A stretch of DNA of 64,000 nucleotides from a bacterium (GCA_043811375.1 JBDRNJ010000044.1:4575-68574), one strand, 5' to 3'; shown: positions 49,669 to 59,349, counted from the first letter of the stretch. The notes: generated by a model from the letters alone, not told the origin. Program-made: numbers and translations.

Positions 49669-50233
49669 TCAGCCAGGACAGCCGGCCGGTGGTGGGCCGC
49701 CGGTGAAAAGGTAGTCAACCAGCCGAGTAATATCGGCAACATCAATGGAGCTACTGTCGTCAGCATCGCCTTCCTCAGGACAGGGAGGAGGAAATCCACC
49801 CTGGAAGATATAATCGACAAGGTACGTCAGGTCCCCCACGTTGATGGCGCCGTCACTATCGGCATCACCGGTCGTGGGCGAAGGGGGAAAAGATCATGTC
49901 GGCCAGTGTGCTGACATTTATGTCGTGGCCCGTCCCTCCCGGGGAATTGACGGCAACGAATTCCCAGCCGGAAATCAGAGTGCCGCTGGTATCGAAGGTC
50001 ATTTGAAACTCCATGATGTCGGGGCGGTCAAGTATCAGCCACGGGTTGAATCCGGCGATGGAGTCGGAATAGTTCTTCATGTAAATCGGGATTTCAACTC
50101 CCTGTTCTCCCGTCAGGGCGGTGATATCCTCAACAATAACTTCAAGAAGCAGACTGTCCTGGGCGTGAGTCACTGATGCAATCATAATGACTGCCATAAT
50201 TGCCGCCGCAAGTGTCGACAAACGATATTTCAT
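49669..50233 (-). pseudogene. cohesin-like + dockerin-like secreted protein, disrupted by a +1 frameshift
   Basis: ORF 49865-50233 (signal peptide, cohesin-like GEQGVEIPIYMKNYSDSIAGFNPWLILDRPDIMEF) ends ...MIFSPFAHDR*. The next frame reads (F)PPSPTTGDADSDGAINVGDLTYLVDYIF...GDADDSSSIDVADITRLVDYLFTGGPPPAGCPG*, which is two dockerin-like repeats. The shift lies in a T4C5 run (GGGGGAAAA at 49883-49891 on the plus strand). The 565-nt span is 3n+1. Confidence 0.7.
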
Positions 50234-50344
50234 CTGCTGTTCCTTCCTGAGTTACCGGAATATTGATATAGCGCCTTTAGTGAGACACAAAGAAATTGTA
50301 CGTCTGACAGTATTCATATATAATAGTATAACGATTCAGTCAGA

Positions 50345-52054
50345 TCAGTCAGAGTCTGTCACAATTCGCCGTCGTCGGAACCATACCAGACAGACCAATG
50401 TCAGGCTCGAAATCACGATTCCGACAACCAGACCGGGCGGGCGATATCGAAGTACCACCTGTTGGTGCCCCTGCTCAAAGGGGAAGGCTATCAGGTTGTT
50501 TTCCTCGCGAAGCGGTCGACCGTCAGTTGCTTGCCAGCCCGGATCATAGCCCATGCTGATAGCCATTTCTCCCGAACTGTGGCCTTCGATTTCGTAGGTG
50601 ATTTTATTGGGAGTGTAGTCTCGGTGTTTTATATCGGCCTGACCGGTCAGGACGTTCTCCATCATTACACTATCATCAGGTGTGACCAGCGCCCGGCTGG
50701 GGGGGGTGGCTGAAAGCCAGTTGGAAATCAGCGAACCGCGATTGGCCAAGTAGTATTCGTAAGTCATACCAACACGATCAATAATATGTCCGAAAACCGG
50801 TGATCGTTGAATGTCCTTTGGTTCATGTCGGAAGGCTTGGTTCATGATCGGCCATGCCATCACCAGGTTGGTGGTGATTATGACTGTCGCAACTGTTATA
50901 AGGATAGCACCCGAAAGCCGGGGCCAACGGAATTGACGAACTTTTTGCCAGGTCCAGTCAAGGCCAAACCCACCCAGAATGGACATTGCCAGCAATACGA
51001 ACTGGAATGATCGTCCGGTACAACGCGCTGACGAAAAACCAGGTAAGTGTGAAAGCAATCGCCAGGGTGAGTACGCGCCAAAGTCTCCCAGCCCCAGCAG
51101 TAAAAAAAACACTGCTATCACCAGCCAGACCCATCTTCGCCGGAATACAGCCAGAAGAGCGATTATGGCAAAAATTACCAGCAGGGGAGAAATGTAGCTG
51201 CCGTATTCATGCCAGCGCCAGAACTGTTCGGGGAAGTTGCGGATGAACAGTGAATGGTCCAGACCGAAAAATATCGACCACAGCGCCGATATCGGAATCG
51301 ATTCACCAGCCCTGCCCTTCCATTCGATCTGCATCATGTACAAAACCATCGGGACAAATTTCACTGCTGCCAGTCCGATCCCGCCCAGTATCGAGAAAAA
51401 CAGGCTGCCCAGTTCATTGATTGAACGGTTCTGTACGAACCGCAGCCCAAACAGCACGGCTGAAAAAGTGAGTGTATATAATAGTGGAATGGCCGCCCCG
51501 TTACCCAGTATCATCAGGGCCAATACCAGTGATGCCATGGCTATATCGCCTTTTCGGTCGACTGAAGTTATGATGAAATAAAGAAACCAGGGCAGAAAAC
51601 AGAAGTGTGTAAATGGAGTATGTCCTTCAGTGAAATGCATTGCGAAGTGAACTGAGCCAAAATAAGCTACAGTAGTCACCAGAGCCACCCATTTCGATAT
51701 CCCAAATTTTGTGGCCAGACGGTGACTACCCCAGAAACCGAGGAAATAACATACCAGAACCTGCAACTTAAGCCCTACTACAGCTCCGAAGATCAGGTAC
51801 AGCAACAGAAAAGGCGAAAGAACGGCGACCTCGGGGTGATGAAACAGGATATTTCCACCTCCAAGGTACGGGTTCCAAAAGGGGAATTGCCCATAATGCA
51901 ACAGACTGCTAACCGGGACAGCGGCAATAGTCGTAAACAGGTCCCAGTCACGTATACCCCAGTAGTCATATTTGAGGAGATAGGGCAGGGTATAATAGAC
52001 CGACAACAGCAAAAAAATCGACGGAAACAGGACTTTTGACTTTATTATCGTCAT
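50345..52054 (-). CDS. polytopic membrane protein, GT-C-like (function unknown)
   Basis: 569 aa, more than 10 TM helices, then a roughly 170-aa C-terminal extracytoplasmic domain and a final TM helix. No catalytic motif verified. Confidence 0.5.
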   Translation of the reverse strand: MTIIKSKVLFPSIFLLLSVYYTLPYLLKYDYWGIRDWDLFTTIAAVPVSSLLHYGQFPFWNPYLGGGNILFHHPEVAVLSPFLLLYLIFGAVVGLKLQVLVCYFLGFWGSHRLATKFGISKWVALVTTVAYFGSVHFAMHFTEGHTPFTHFCFLPWFLYFIITSVDRKGDIAMASLVLALMILGNGAAIPLLYTLTFSAVLFGLRFVQNRSINELGSLFFSILGGIGLAAVKFVPMVLYMMQIEWKGRAGESIPISALWSIFFGLDHSLFIRNFPEQFWRWHEYGSYISPLLVIFAIIALLAVFRRRWVWLVIAVFFLLLGLGDFGAYSPWRLLSHLPGFSSARCTGRSFQFVLLAMSILGGFGLDWTWQKVRQFRWPRLSGAILITVATVIITTNLVMAWPIMNQAFRHEPKDIQRSPVFGHIIDRVGMTYEYYLANRGSLISNWLSATPPSRALVTPDDSVMMENVLTGQADIKHRDYTPNKITYEIEGHSSGEMAISMGYDPGWQATDGRPLREENNLIAFPFEQGHQQVVLRYRPPGLVVGIVISSLTLVCLVWFRRRRIVTDSD

Positions 52055-52098
52055 TCTCTATGATAGTTTTTCAAACTACAATGCGTTCCATCTACTTA

Positions 52099-53214
52099 AT
52101 GAGTCATTCTTACGTTAAAAGCAAACGCTTTCTGCTACCCACTTTGTTGTGGCTGTTGTTTGTGGTCGGCAGCGTCACTCTGCTGCAGACGGGGAAATCC
52201 AAATACCACACTCTGGCCGGGCAACTCTTTCAGTGGGACGGTCAGCACTATCTCACTATCGCTCGTGACGGCTATGAGAAATTCCCCTGTCCCTGGAACG
52301 ACGAAAACATCTGCGGCAATATCGGCTGGTTTCCATTCTATCCCATCCTCGGGCGCATGGTCCAACAGGTTGTCGGTCTGCTCGGCGGGGACACCCGACT
52401 GGCCATGATCGCCGCCGGCTGGCTGGCCTTATGGCTGGCCCTGCTGGTCATGTACCGGCTGGTCGAAAGGCGTTTCGGCAGTCGATCGGCATTACTGTCG
52501 CTGGTGGCGATACTGCTTTTTCCGACCTCCTTTTACTTCCTGACCGGCTTTCCGTATTCGGTCTATCTGTTGCTGTCGGTGTTGGTGATGTATTTTCTTG
52601 ACCGGGAGAAGTTCCTGCCGGTGGCAATCCTTACCGGTTTGCTGGCGGTGACGTATCCTTCGGGAGTGGTAATCGGTCTGCCGGTTCTGTATATCCTGGT
52701 TACCAGGTGGCGGGAGTTGACTGCCAACCATCGACTGACCCTGTTTTTGGCACTGGCCGGCATCGCCCTGGCTCTTTTCCTGTACTGCGGTTATTACTGG
52801 TGGCGGTTTGATGATTTCTTTCTTTACCAGCGTTTCCAGGCCCAGAGCTACTATGCTCACCACCTGACACTACCCCTGTTGCCGATCGCAAATTCGCTGA
52901 TCGAACAGCCCTGGCAGGACCCGGAGTTTGTGATGCTGCTGTTTATAGTAGTAGCTGTTGTTGTTTTCTACACACGCCGAATTCCGGTCGCATGGCAATT
53001 GTACCTGTTTGGCGTGCTGCTCTTTACGCCCACTTTCGGGACGACTACGTGCTATTACCGCCACATCGTTGTGGCGTGGCCACTCTTTGTTATGATTGGC
53101 GTATCGATCGATTCCGGCCGCCGCCGGTGGCTGTGGGTTCCCTACGCTGTGATTTCGGTGTGTCTGATGGTGATGGTTTTTCTCAGGTACTTCAAGGCCG
53201 GGCAACTGATGTAG
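52099..53214 (+). CDS. GT-C family membrane glycosyltransferase-like protein (PIG-V/mannosyltransferase-like)
   Basis: Multi-TM protein. N-terminal loop motif QWDGQHYLTIARDGYE resembles the WD..HY..IA..GY loop of PIG-V-type GT-C enzymes. Start uncertain (52081 or 52099). Confidence 0.5.
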   Translation: MSHSYVKSKRFLLPTLLWLLFVVGSVTLLQTGKSKYHTLAGQLFQWDGQHYLTIARDGYEKFPCPWNDENICGNIGWFPFYPILGRMVQQVVGLLGGDTRLAMIAAGWLALWLALLVMYRLVERRFGSRSALLSLVAILLFPTSFYFLTGFPYSVYLLLSVLVMYFLDREKFLPVAILTGLLAVTYPSGVVIGLPVLYILVTRWRELTANHRLTLFLALAGIALALFLYCGYYWWRFDDFFLYQRFQAQSYYAHHLTLPLLPIANSLIEQPWQDPEFVMLLFIVVAVVVFYTRRIPVAWQLYLFGVLLFTPTFGTTTCYYRHIVVAWPLFVMIGVSIDSGRRRWLWVPYAVISVCLMVMVFLRYFKAGQLM

Positions 53215-53267
53215 AAAGTCCAACCCGCTGTCAGGGCTGCGATATTCGCACTGACCGTCTGGTTCGC

Positions 53268-53750
53268 CTACGTCTTCCTCAGCCGGAAATGGTAGATCCA
53301 GTTTTCCTTCGGGGGGTCCAAATAGACTGTGTCAGGTCCGAGTAAGAGACTGTCACCAAGAAACACCGCTTTGAGTTTCCCCTGTGGTATCCGAATCGTG
53401 TCGCAGTTGCCACTGCTGAAAGAGGTCGGTGTCAGACTCAGTGAGTTCGTCCCGAAACCGGTCGCTACACCTCCGGAGTTGCACAGGTTGCTCATGTTGA
53501 TGTCATGGTTAAGGCTGTAACTGCTGCCCTCGATGGTTAATGTAACCTGATCGGTATCGGGGTAGACGTGCGGTTCTCGTTGCTCGATGTTGGCTAAAGC
53601 CAGTTCTCCGGAAAACACCTCAATCTCCGGCGGGATTATTTCATCGTCCCCGCAACTGAACGTCATCAGTCCGCATAGCAGAATAATGCCGACCGCAGCG
53701 ACGATTCTAATTCGCTGCTTATGCCGGTCACTGTCTAATTTGATCGTCAT
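53268..53750 (-). CDS. small lipoprotein, unknown family (tandem paralogue 2)
   Basis: Lipobox MTFSCG. Shares FSGE..., TIEGS.Y.L, C.SGG...FGTN, C D..R.PQG, F.GDSL.LGP.TV with 53747-54175. Confidence 0.6.
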   Translation of the reverse strand: MTIKLDSDRHKQRIRIVAAVGIILLCGLMTFSCGDDEIIPPEIEVFSGELALANIEQREPHVYPDTDQVTLTIEGSSYSLNHDINMSNLCNSGGVATGFGTNSLSLTPTSFSSGNCDTIRIPQGKLKAVFLGDSLLLGPDTVYLDPPKENWIYHFRLRKT

Positions 53751-54175
53751 TTTTTTAGCCTGAAAGTAAAGCCCAGCGAATCGCCCGTAATGTCATAAAC
53801 AACCGTTTTTGGACCCAGTATCAGACTGTCGCCCCTGAAAGCTGCGGAAAACTCGCCTTGAGGCAGACGGACCGAATCGCAGCCGCCACCAGGCGCATAG
53901 TAGATCTGCGTCAACCTTATCATGTTGGTGCCAAAGTTGCCGATTTCACCACCCGACGAGCAGATGCCGCTGTTGTGGGTAGTCAGAGTCAGGTGATACT
54001 GAGTTCCCTCGATCGTAAAAACGACCGTATCGATTACGGCCGGGGTACCACTATAGAATTCATCAATCTCCATTTCGCCGGAGTATTTCTCCAGCGGTGG
54101 CGGTTCTTCACGGTCTTCGTCGCATCCTAAAGCCACCGCCAGGCCCAGCATCAAAAACCAGGGGGCAATTCTCAT
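53747..54175 (-). CDS. small lipoprotein, unknown family (tandem paralogue 1)
   Basis: Lipobox AVALGC. 4-nt overlap with the downstream paralogue. Confidence 0.6.
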   Translation of the reverse strand: MRIAPWFLMLGLAVALGCDEDREEPPPLEKYSGEMEIDEFYSGTPAVIDTVVFTIEGTQYHLTLTTHNSGICSSGGEIGNFGTNMIRLTQIYYAPGGGCDSVRLPQGEFSAAFRGDSLILGPKTVVYDITGDSLGFTFRLKK

Positions 54176-54261
54176 ACTAACTTCTCCACCTCGACATCCA
54201 TTCTAACCAACGCTCGCTACCAGAGTTTCGTTTAACCCTTAGTGGGCCGGCAGCAATGGTT

Positions 54262-55938
54262 TTACCGCGAGGTTCCCATGACATCGGTAGCGTCAGTCAC
54301 GTTGGTGGACCGTTCACCGGCTTTCTCCAGGTTATAGCCGACAGCCGCCCTGACGAACTCTCTGAACAGGGGATGCGGTCGGGTCGGTCGGGATTTCAAT
54401 TCCGGATGGAACTGGGCCGCTACGAACCAGCGATGCGACGGCACCTCCACTATTTCCACCAGGCGGCCATCCGGTGACAGGCCCGAAAGCACCAAACCCT
54501 TTTCGGTGAGCATGTCCCGGTAGGCATTGTTGACTTCATAGCGATGGCGATGTCGTTCCGAAATCTCGCGGCAGCCGTATGCCTCAAATGACTTGGAGCT
54601 TTCATCCAGAATACAGGGATAAGCACCCAGGCGCATGGTGCCGCCCAGATCGGTTACCGTCTCCTGGTCGGCCATCAGGTGAATCACGGTATGTTTGAGG
54701 TCACGATAAAACTCGTAGCTGTGGGCGTCCGGCAACTGGCAGACGTTGCGCGCGAACTCAATCACGGCGCACTGCATACCCAGACAGATGCCCAGGAAGG
54801 GGATGTTGTTTTCCCGCACGTAGCGGATGGCGTCTATCTTGCCCTCGACTCCTCGTTCACCGAACCCACCCGGAATAAGCAGCCCGTCTACGTCGTGCAG
54901 AAGTTTTTCCGCTCCGCCGTGTTTGATCTCCTCGGAACTGACCCAGATCAGGCGAACTTCCGCTTCACTGGAAACCCCTCCGTGTACGAAGGCTTCGATG
55001 ATCGATTTGTAGGCATCCTTGAGCATTACATACTTGCCGCAAATGGCGATATTCACCCGGTGTTTGGGGAAGTTGATTTTTTCAACCATCTGCTCCCAAT
55101 CCGACAAATCCGGCTGTGGAATCTGCCAGCCGAAGTGGTCGCAGACGATGTCATCCAGCTTCTGTTCGTGGAACTTCAGCGGGACTTCATAGATTGTGGC
55201 TACGTCCTTAGCGGCGATTACCGACGATGTGGGCACCGAACAGAACAGGCTGATCTTCTGCCGCAGTTCATTCGATACCGGTTTGGCGGAGCGGCACAGC
55301 AGCATATCCGGCTGAATGCCGATTTCACGCAGTGCCCGCACCGAATGCTGGGTCGGCTTGGTCTTGAATTCGCCCGCCGTGGGGATAAACGGCACCAGCG
55401 TTACATGAACATACATGGCGTTGTTGCGGCCGTTCTCCAGTCCCATCTGGCGGATAGCCTCCATGAACGGCAGCGACTCGATATCGCCCACGGTTCCCCC
55501 GATTTCAGCTACCACCACATCGGGTTTGAAATCAGAGTTCTGCAATCTCTTGATGCGGTTCTTGATTTCTTCGGTGACATGAGGTATCACCTGCACGGTA
55601 GCGCCCAGGTAATCACCACGCCGCTCCCGGGTTATAATGGTGTGATATATCTGTCCGGTGGTAACGTTATTGTCGGCCGTCAGGGATTGGTCGAGGAAAC
55701 GCTCGTAATGTCCCAGATCGAGGTCGGTCTCGGAACCGTCATCCAGAACGAATACCTCCCCATGCTGGAACGGGTTCATGGTGCCGGGGTCGACGTTCAG
55801 ATACGGGTCCAGTTTGACGTTGCACACTTTCAACCCCCGCTTCTGCAGCAATAGACCGATGGAGGCCGAGGCGATACCTTTGCCCAGCGCCGATACCACC
55901 CCGCCGGTAACGAATATGTACTTGGTGCCGTCAGACAT
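54262..55938 (-). CDS. pyrG: CTP synthase
   Basis: N-terminal GGVVSALGKGI and GATase GICLGMQ. Typical length. Confidence 0.95.
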   Translation of the reverse strand: MSDGTKYIFVTGGVVSALGKGIASASIGLLLQKRGLKVCNVKLDPYLNVDPGTMNPFQHGEVFVLDDGSETDLDLGHYERFLDQSLTADNNVTTGQIYHTIITRERRGDYLGATVQVIPHVTEEIKNRIKRLQNSDFKPDVVVAEIGGTVGDIESLPFMEAIRQMGLENGRNNAMYVHVTLVPFIPTAGEFKTKPTQHSVRALREIGIQPDMLLCRSAKPVSNELRQKISLFCSVPTSSVIAAKDVATIYEVPLKFHEQKLDDIVCDHFGWQIPQPDLSDWEQMVEKINFPKHRVNIAICGKYVMLKDAYKSIIEAFVHGGVSSEAEVRLIWVSSEEIKHGGAEKLLHDVDGLLIPGGFGERGVEGKIDAIRYVRENNIPFLGICLGMQCAVIEFARNVCQLPDAHSYEFYRDLKHTVIHLMADQETVTDLGGTMRLGAYPCILDESSKSFEAYGCREISERHRHRYEVNNAYRDMLTEKGLVLSGLSPDGRLVEIVEVPSHRWFVAAQFHPELKSRPTRPHPLFREFVRAAVGYNLEKAGERSTNVTDATDVMGTSR

Positions 55939-55946
55939 GATTCTCC

Positions 55947-56690
55947 CTACCTGTATAACTTTTCAAGCTTTCTCAAATCCCGGGGCGTGTCCACCGACAC
56001 GGAGCGTCCGGTCGTGGGAAACACCATCATTGTTTCTCCGTATTCCAGTATTCGCAATTGCTCCAGTGACTCGGCTTTCTCCAGCCGTGTCCGGCGCCGC
56101 CGAGCGAATCGGGCCAGTCCCCGTCGACGGAATAAATAGACTCCGATATGCGCCAGAAACGCAAACTGTTTCACCTGACTGCCTTTTCCGGACCGCTGCA
56201 AATGGGGGATAGGCAGGCGCGAGAACCACAGCGCCCGGCCGTCATCGGCGGTGACCACCTTGACGACATTAGGGTCCTGAAGTTCACTATCGGAACGAAG
56301 TCGCCGGGCCAGCGTGGCGTACTCGATATGAGGGTCGGCTTTCATACGGGCCACGGCTCGGTCGACAACGGCCGCCTTCAAACCGAGATTGTCGGCCTGG
56401 AAGTTAACGATTATGTCGACCTTAAGTCTCCTGAGCAACTCAGCTACTCGGTCCGACCCGGTTCGATGCCGAGCAGAGGTCATAGCAGCTTCGCCACCGA
56501 AATCCGTAACCGTCCGATATACCAACTTACTGTCAGTGGCCACAATCACTCGACTGAGGCATTTTGCCTTTTTTAGTTCCCGGTAGACGTGTGAAATCAG
56601 CGGTCTGCCATGGAAGGGGTATAACACCTTGCGCGGAAAACGCTGAGAGTTAAGTCGGGCCGGAATGACCGCGATAGCCGCGTCAGTCAT
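55947..56690 (-). CDS. kdsB: 3-deoxy-manno-octulosonate cytidylyltransferase
   Basis: AVIPARLNSQRFPRKVL...ATDS pattern, 247 aa. Confidence 0.85.
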   Translation of the reverse strand: MTDAAIAVIPARLNSQRFPRKVLYPFHGRPLISHVYRELKKAKCLSRVIVATDSKLVYRTVTDFGGEAAMTSARHRTGSDRVAELLRRLKVDIIVNFQADNLGLKAAVVDRAVARMKADPHIEYATLARRLRSDSELQDPNVVKVVTADDGRALWFSRLPIPHLQRSGKGSQVKQFAFLAHIGVYLFRRRGLARFARRRRTRLEKAESLEQLRILEYGETMMVFPTTGRSVSVDTPRDLRKLEKLYR

Positions 56691-56984
56691 CAGCCGGCCA
56701 CCTCATGGTCTGAACCTGGCCGGAGTTCTCGACCGGTGTGGCCGATATCTTCCGATACGTGCGGCATAGGAGAAGATAGACGGTTTTGAAACTGGTGTCA
56801 ACAATATTTGAAACTTTCCCGTAACGTTGGTCGGACGGACACAAACGACGGCAGGATAGGGCTAAAGATCACCGGTCAGACGCCGATACGACTTACAGAT
56901 GTGTCATAATGAAACAGTCCCGGTCCCGGTGACGGACCTGCGATTATTGCTGTCACCGGATGACGGGGCGAGATATCCGGAGAT

Positions 56985-58394
56985 ATGCCGATGAACATTC
57001 TCCAGCCGGAAGCCAATCAGACAATGGCTGTATTGATAATAGACGACGGCAGCAGCAAGCGTTCTCTGTCGCTGGATACCGGCGAGAGGAAATACCGTGC
57101 CCGGGTTGCGGATTCGGTCGGGTCGGCGCTGGTTATTCTGGCACAGGAACAGTTTGAGATTGTGCTCATCGAAAACGTTCCGGATAACATATCCATCAGG
57201 GAAAGTATCGTTCGTCTCCGCCTGGTTTCCCCCTACACCGAAATTATAGTGGTCACCGATTCTGCTGACGAGCAGGCGATGGCCGACTTCATTGAAGTCG
57301 GTGCCTGCGACTGTCTGGTCAGACCTTGTCTGGCGCGGCACCTGTTGGCCAGACTGGGGTGCGCTGCCGAACGCTCCCGTATGCGACGAGAGTTGACGGC
57401 CCGTCGTGAGGAAATCGCCATGAGTTGCGCACTGGACAACCTGGTGGGGACTTCCGAGGCCATGCGCCGATTGCAGGCAACTATTAAGAGAATCGCGTCG
57501 ACCGATATCCCGATATTCATCAGCGGATCGCCGGGCACGGGCAAGAGCCTGTTAGCCAGGATCATTCACTATCACTCATATCTTCGTCGAGGACCGCTGG
57601 TAACGGTTGATTGTGCTGCCGATTACCCGGAATTGCTGGAAATGACGTTTTTTGGCGACTCCACCATCAGCCGACAGCGACTTCCCAACGGCCAGAAACC
57701 AGCGATTGAAAAAGCCGATAACGGTACCCTGGTTCTTGAAGCTATAGACCGGATGCCGCCCCAACTGCAGTCCCGGTTTATGGGATTTCTCCAGGACTTC
57801 AAAATCCCCGTGAGCAGGGACGGCGCGACGCGGAAAGTCGACCTTCGCACTATTGCAGTGTCGCGACTCATACCGTCTCAACTGGCCGAGCAGGGATTTA
57901 AGGAAAATCTGCTGAATCGTATGAGTGTCATGGAATTGGTGGTCCCACCCCTGGCCGATCGGACCGAAGATATCGAGCTGCTCACCGATTACTTTATACG
58001 CCGTTTCCTCGGTGACAAGCGGCCACTGATAGTGAGCCCCGAAGCCCTGCAGAAGCTGTGCCGTTATCAATGGCCGGGGAATGTCACGGAGTTGGAAAGC
58101 ACTCTCAAGAACGCTCTGGCCAGGTCCGATCAGGAGAGGCTCGAGGCAGACCATATTCTTATCGCTGGTTCCTCACTTCCTCCGGCGGTGGCGCCGGTTG
58201 TTCCTGATCGACTTCTGGAGGAGAATCAACAAGCGGTCATAAATAAATCTCTCATCGACAACGATTGGAATTTCACTCGCACAGCTCAAGCTCTGGGAAT
58301 CGGGAGAACCACTCTCTGGCGCAAAGTGAAAAAATATCAGCTCAGGCAAACGGCATCTGTAAATCCGGGAGACGATGATGCGGGAACTGGATAG
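56985..58394 (+). CDS. NtrC-family (receiver - AAA+ - Fis HTH) regulator with degenerate receiver, GAFTGA and Walker B
   Basis: Walker A GSPGTGKS and C-terminal Fis-type HTH RTAQALGIGRTTLWRKVKKY. The GAFTGA position reads STISRQ, the Walker B position reads TLVLEAID, and the receiver phospho-site position reads LIENVPD. Confidence 0.75.
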   Translation: MPMNILQPEANQTMAVLIIDDGSSKRSLSLDTGERKYRARVADSVGSALVILAQEQFEIVLIENVPDNISIRESIVRLRLVSPYTEIIVVTDSADEQAMADFIEVGACDCLVRPCLARHLLARLGCAAERSRMRRELTARREEIAMSCALDNLVGTSEAMRRLQATIKRIASTDIPIFISGSPGTGKSLLARIIHYHSYLRRGPLVTVDCAADYPELLEMTFFGDSTISRQRLPNGQKPAIEKADNGTLVLEAIDRMPPQLQSRFMGFLQDFKIPVSRDGATRKVDLRTIAVSRLIPSQLAEQGFKENLLNRMSVMELVVPPLADRTEDIELLTDYFIRRFLGDKRPLIVSPEALQKLCRYQWPGNVTELESTLKNALARSDQERLEADHILIAGSSLPPAVAPVVPDRLLEENQQAVINKSLIDNDWNFTRTAQALGIGRTTLWRKVKKYQLRQTASVNPGDDDAGTG

Positions 58395-58920
58395 CCGGCT
58401 GCCGGCCGATGATATGGAATGCAAATCGGTTGACAGTCAGAAATTCAACCTAAAGGAACTGGCCCGACGTGGCGAAAGTCTTTCAGTAATCTTTTTTGAA
58501 CTGACCCGCTATCTTACCGAAACCTACGCCATCGACAAAGGTGTGTTGATTCTCAGGCAGGAACAACCATGTCGGCTTTCGGCCGTTTCTACCTGGAAAG
58601 ACGGGCTGGGTTGCGACGGTCTGGAACTCAGACTGCCGTCTGATTCCTCTCTATTTGAGCAAGTGGCACAGCATGGGCAGGTGTACACTGAGCAGTTCTG
58701 TGGAGCCTTCAGCGGTAATTTCTATGAGCATCGACTGCTGCTGAATAAAGATTCCCGGTCATTCGTGGTGCAGCCTTTGAGGTCGGAGGGTTGCGTGGTC
58801 GGTCTGCTGGCATACAGTTCGGAGAATGTTGCCGCATTCACCATGTTTGAAGAAGGCGCTCTGGACGATTTTGCCGCCGAACTCGGTTTCGTTATAGCCT
58901 CTGGCCGGATCCATCTTTGA
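58375..58920 (+). CDS. GAF-like domain protein (hypothetical)
   Basis: 181 aa, overlaps the regulator gene by 20 nt. The GAF-like call rests only on size and hydrophobic pattern. Confidence 0.4.
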   Translation: MMRELDSRLPADDMECKSVDSQKFNLKELARRGESLSVIFFELTRYLTETYAIDKGVLILRQEQPCRLSAVSTWKDGLGCDGLELRLPSDSSLFEQVAQHGQVYTEQFCGAFSGNFYEHRLLLNKDSRSFVVQPLRSEGCVVGLLAYSSENVAAFTMFEEGALDDFAAELGFVIASGRIHL

Positions 58921-59128
58921 TTTGCCCGACAAACAATACGCAGGCGCCACTGCTTTTCGTCACTTTTTCTTACACCGATTCGATAACTCATTGATCCTGA
59001 CGACATTACCGGATTGGCCCGACTGTGGTTTTTGAAATTTTGGTCTTGCAGACGGTACGTTAGCTGACTATATTGCGCCCCGAAAAAAATTGAAATAACC
59101 GACAAACCAAATATTGGAGGAAACTGTA

Positions 59129-59329
59129 ATGGCGATGTTCATAACCGACGAATGCACTGCCTGCGGTCTGTGTATTCCCGAGTGCCCCACCGAATCCATT
59201 GAGGAGGGTGACATTTACATCATCGATCCCGAAACCTGCAACGAATGTGAAGACGAAGATGAGGGGCCGCACTGCGTAGAAGTCTGTCCCATTGATGACT
59301 GTATCATCAAGGCCGACAAACCAGATTGA
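59129..59329 (+). CDS. 4Fe-4S dicluster ferredoxin (YfhL-like)
   Basis: CTACGLCIPECP and CNEC...CVEVCP cysteine motifs. GGAGG 8 nt upstream of the ATG at 59129. Confidence 0.85.
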   Translation: MAMFITDECTACGLCIPECPTESIEEGDIYIIDPETCNECEDEDEGPHCVEVCPIDDCIIKADKPD

Positions 59330-59349
59330 CAATTGGGAATTCTGAAAAT

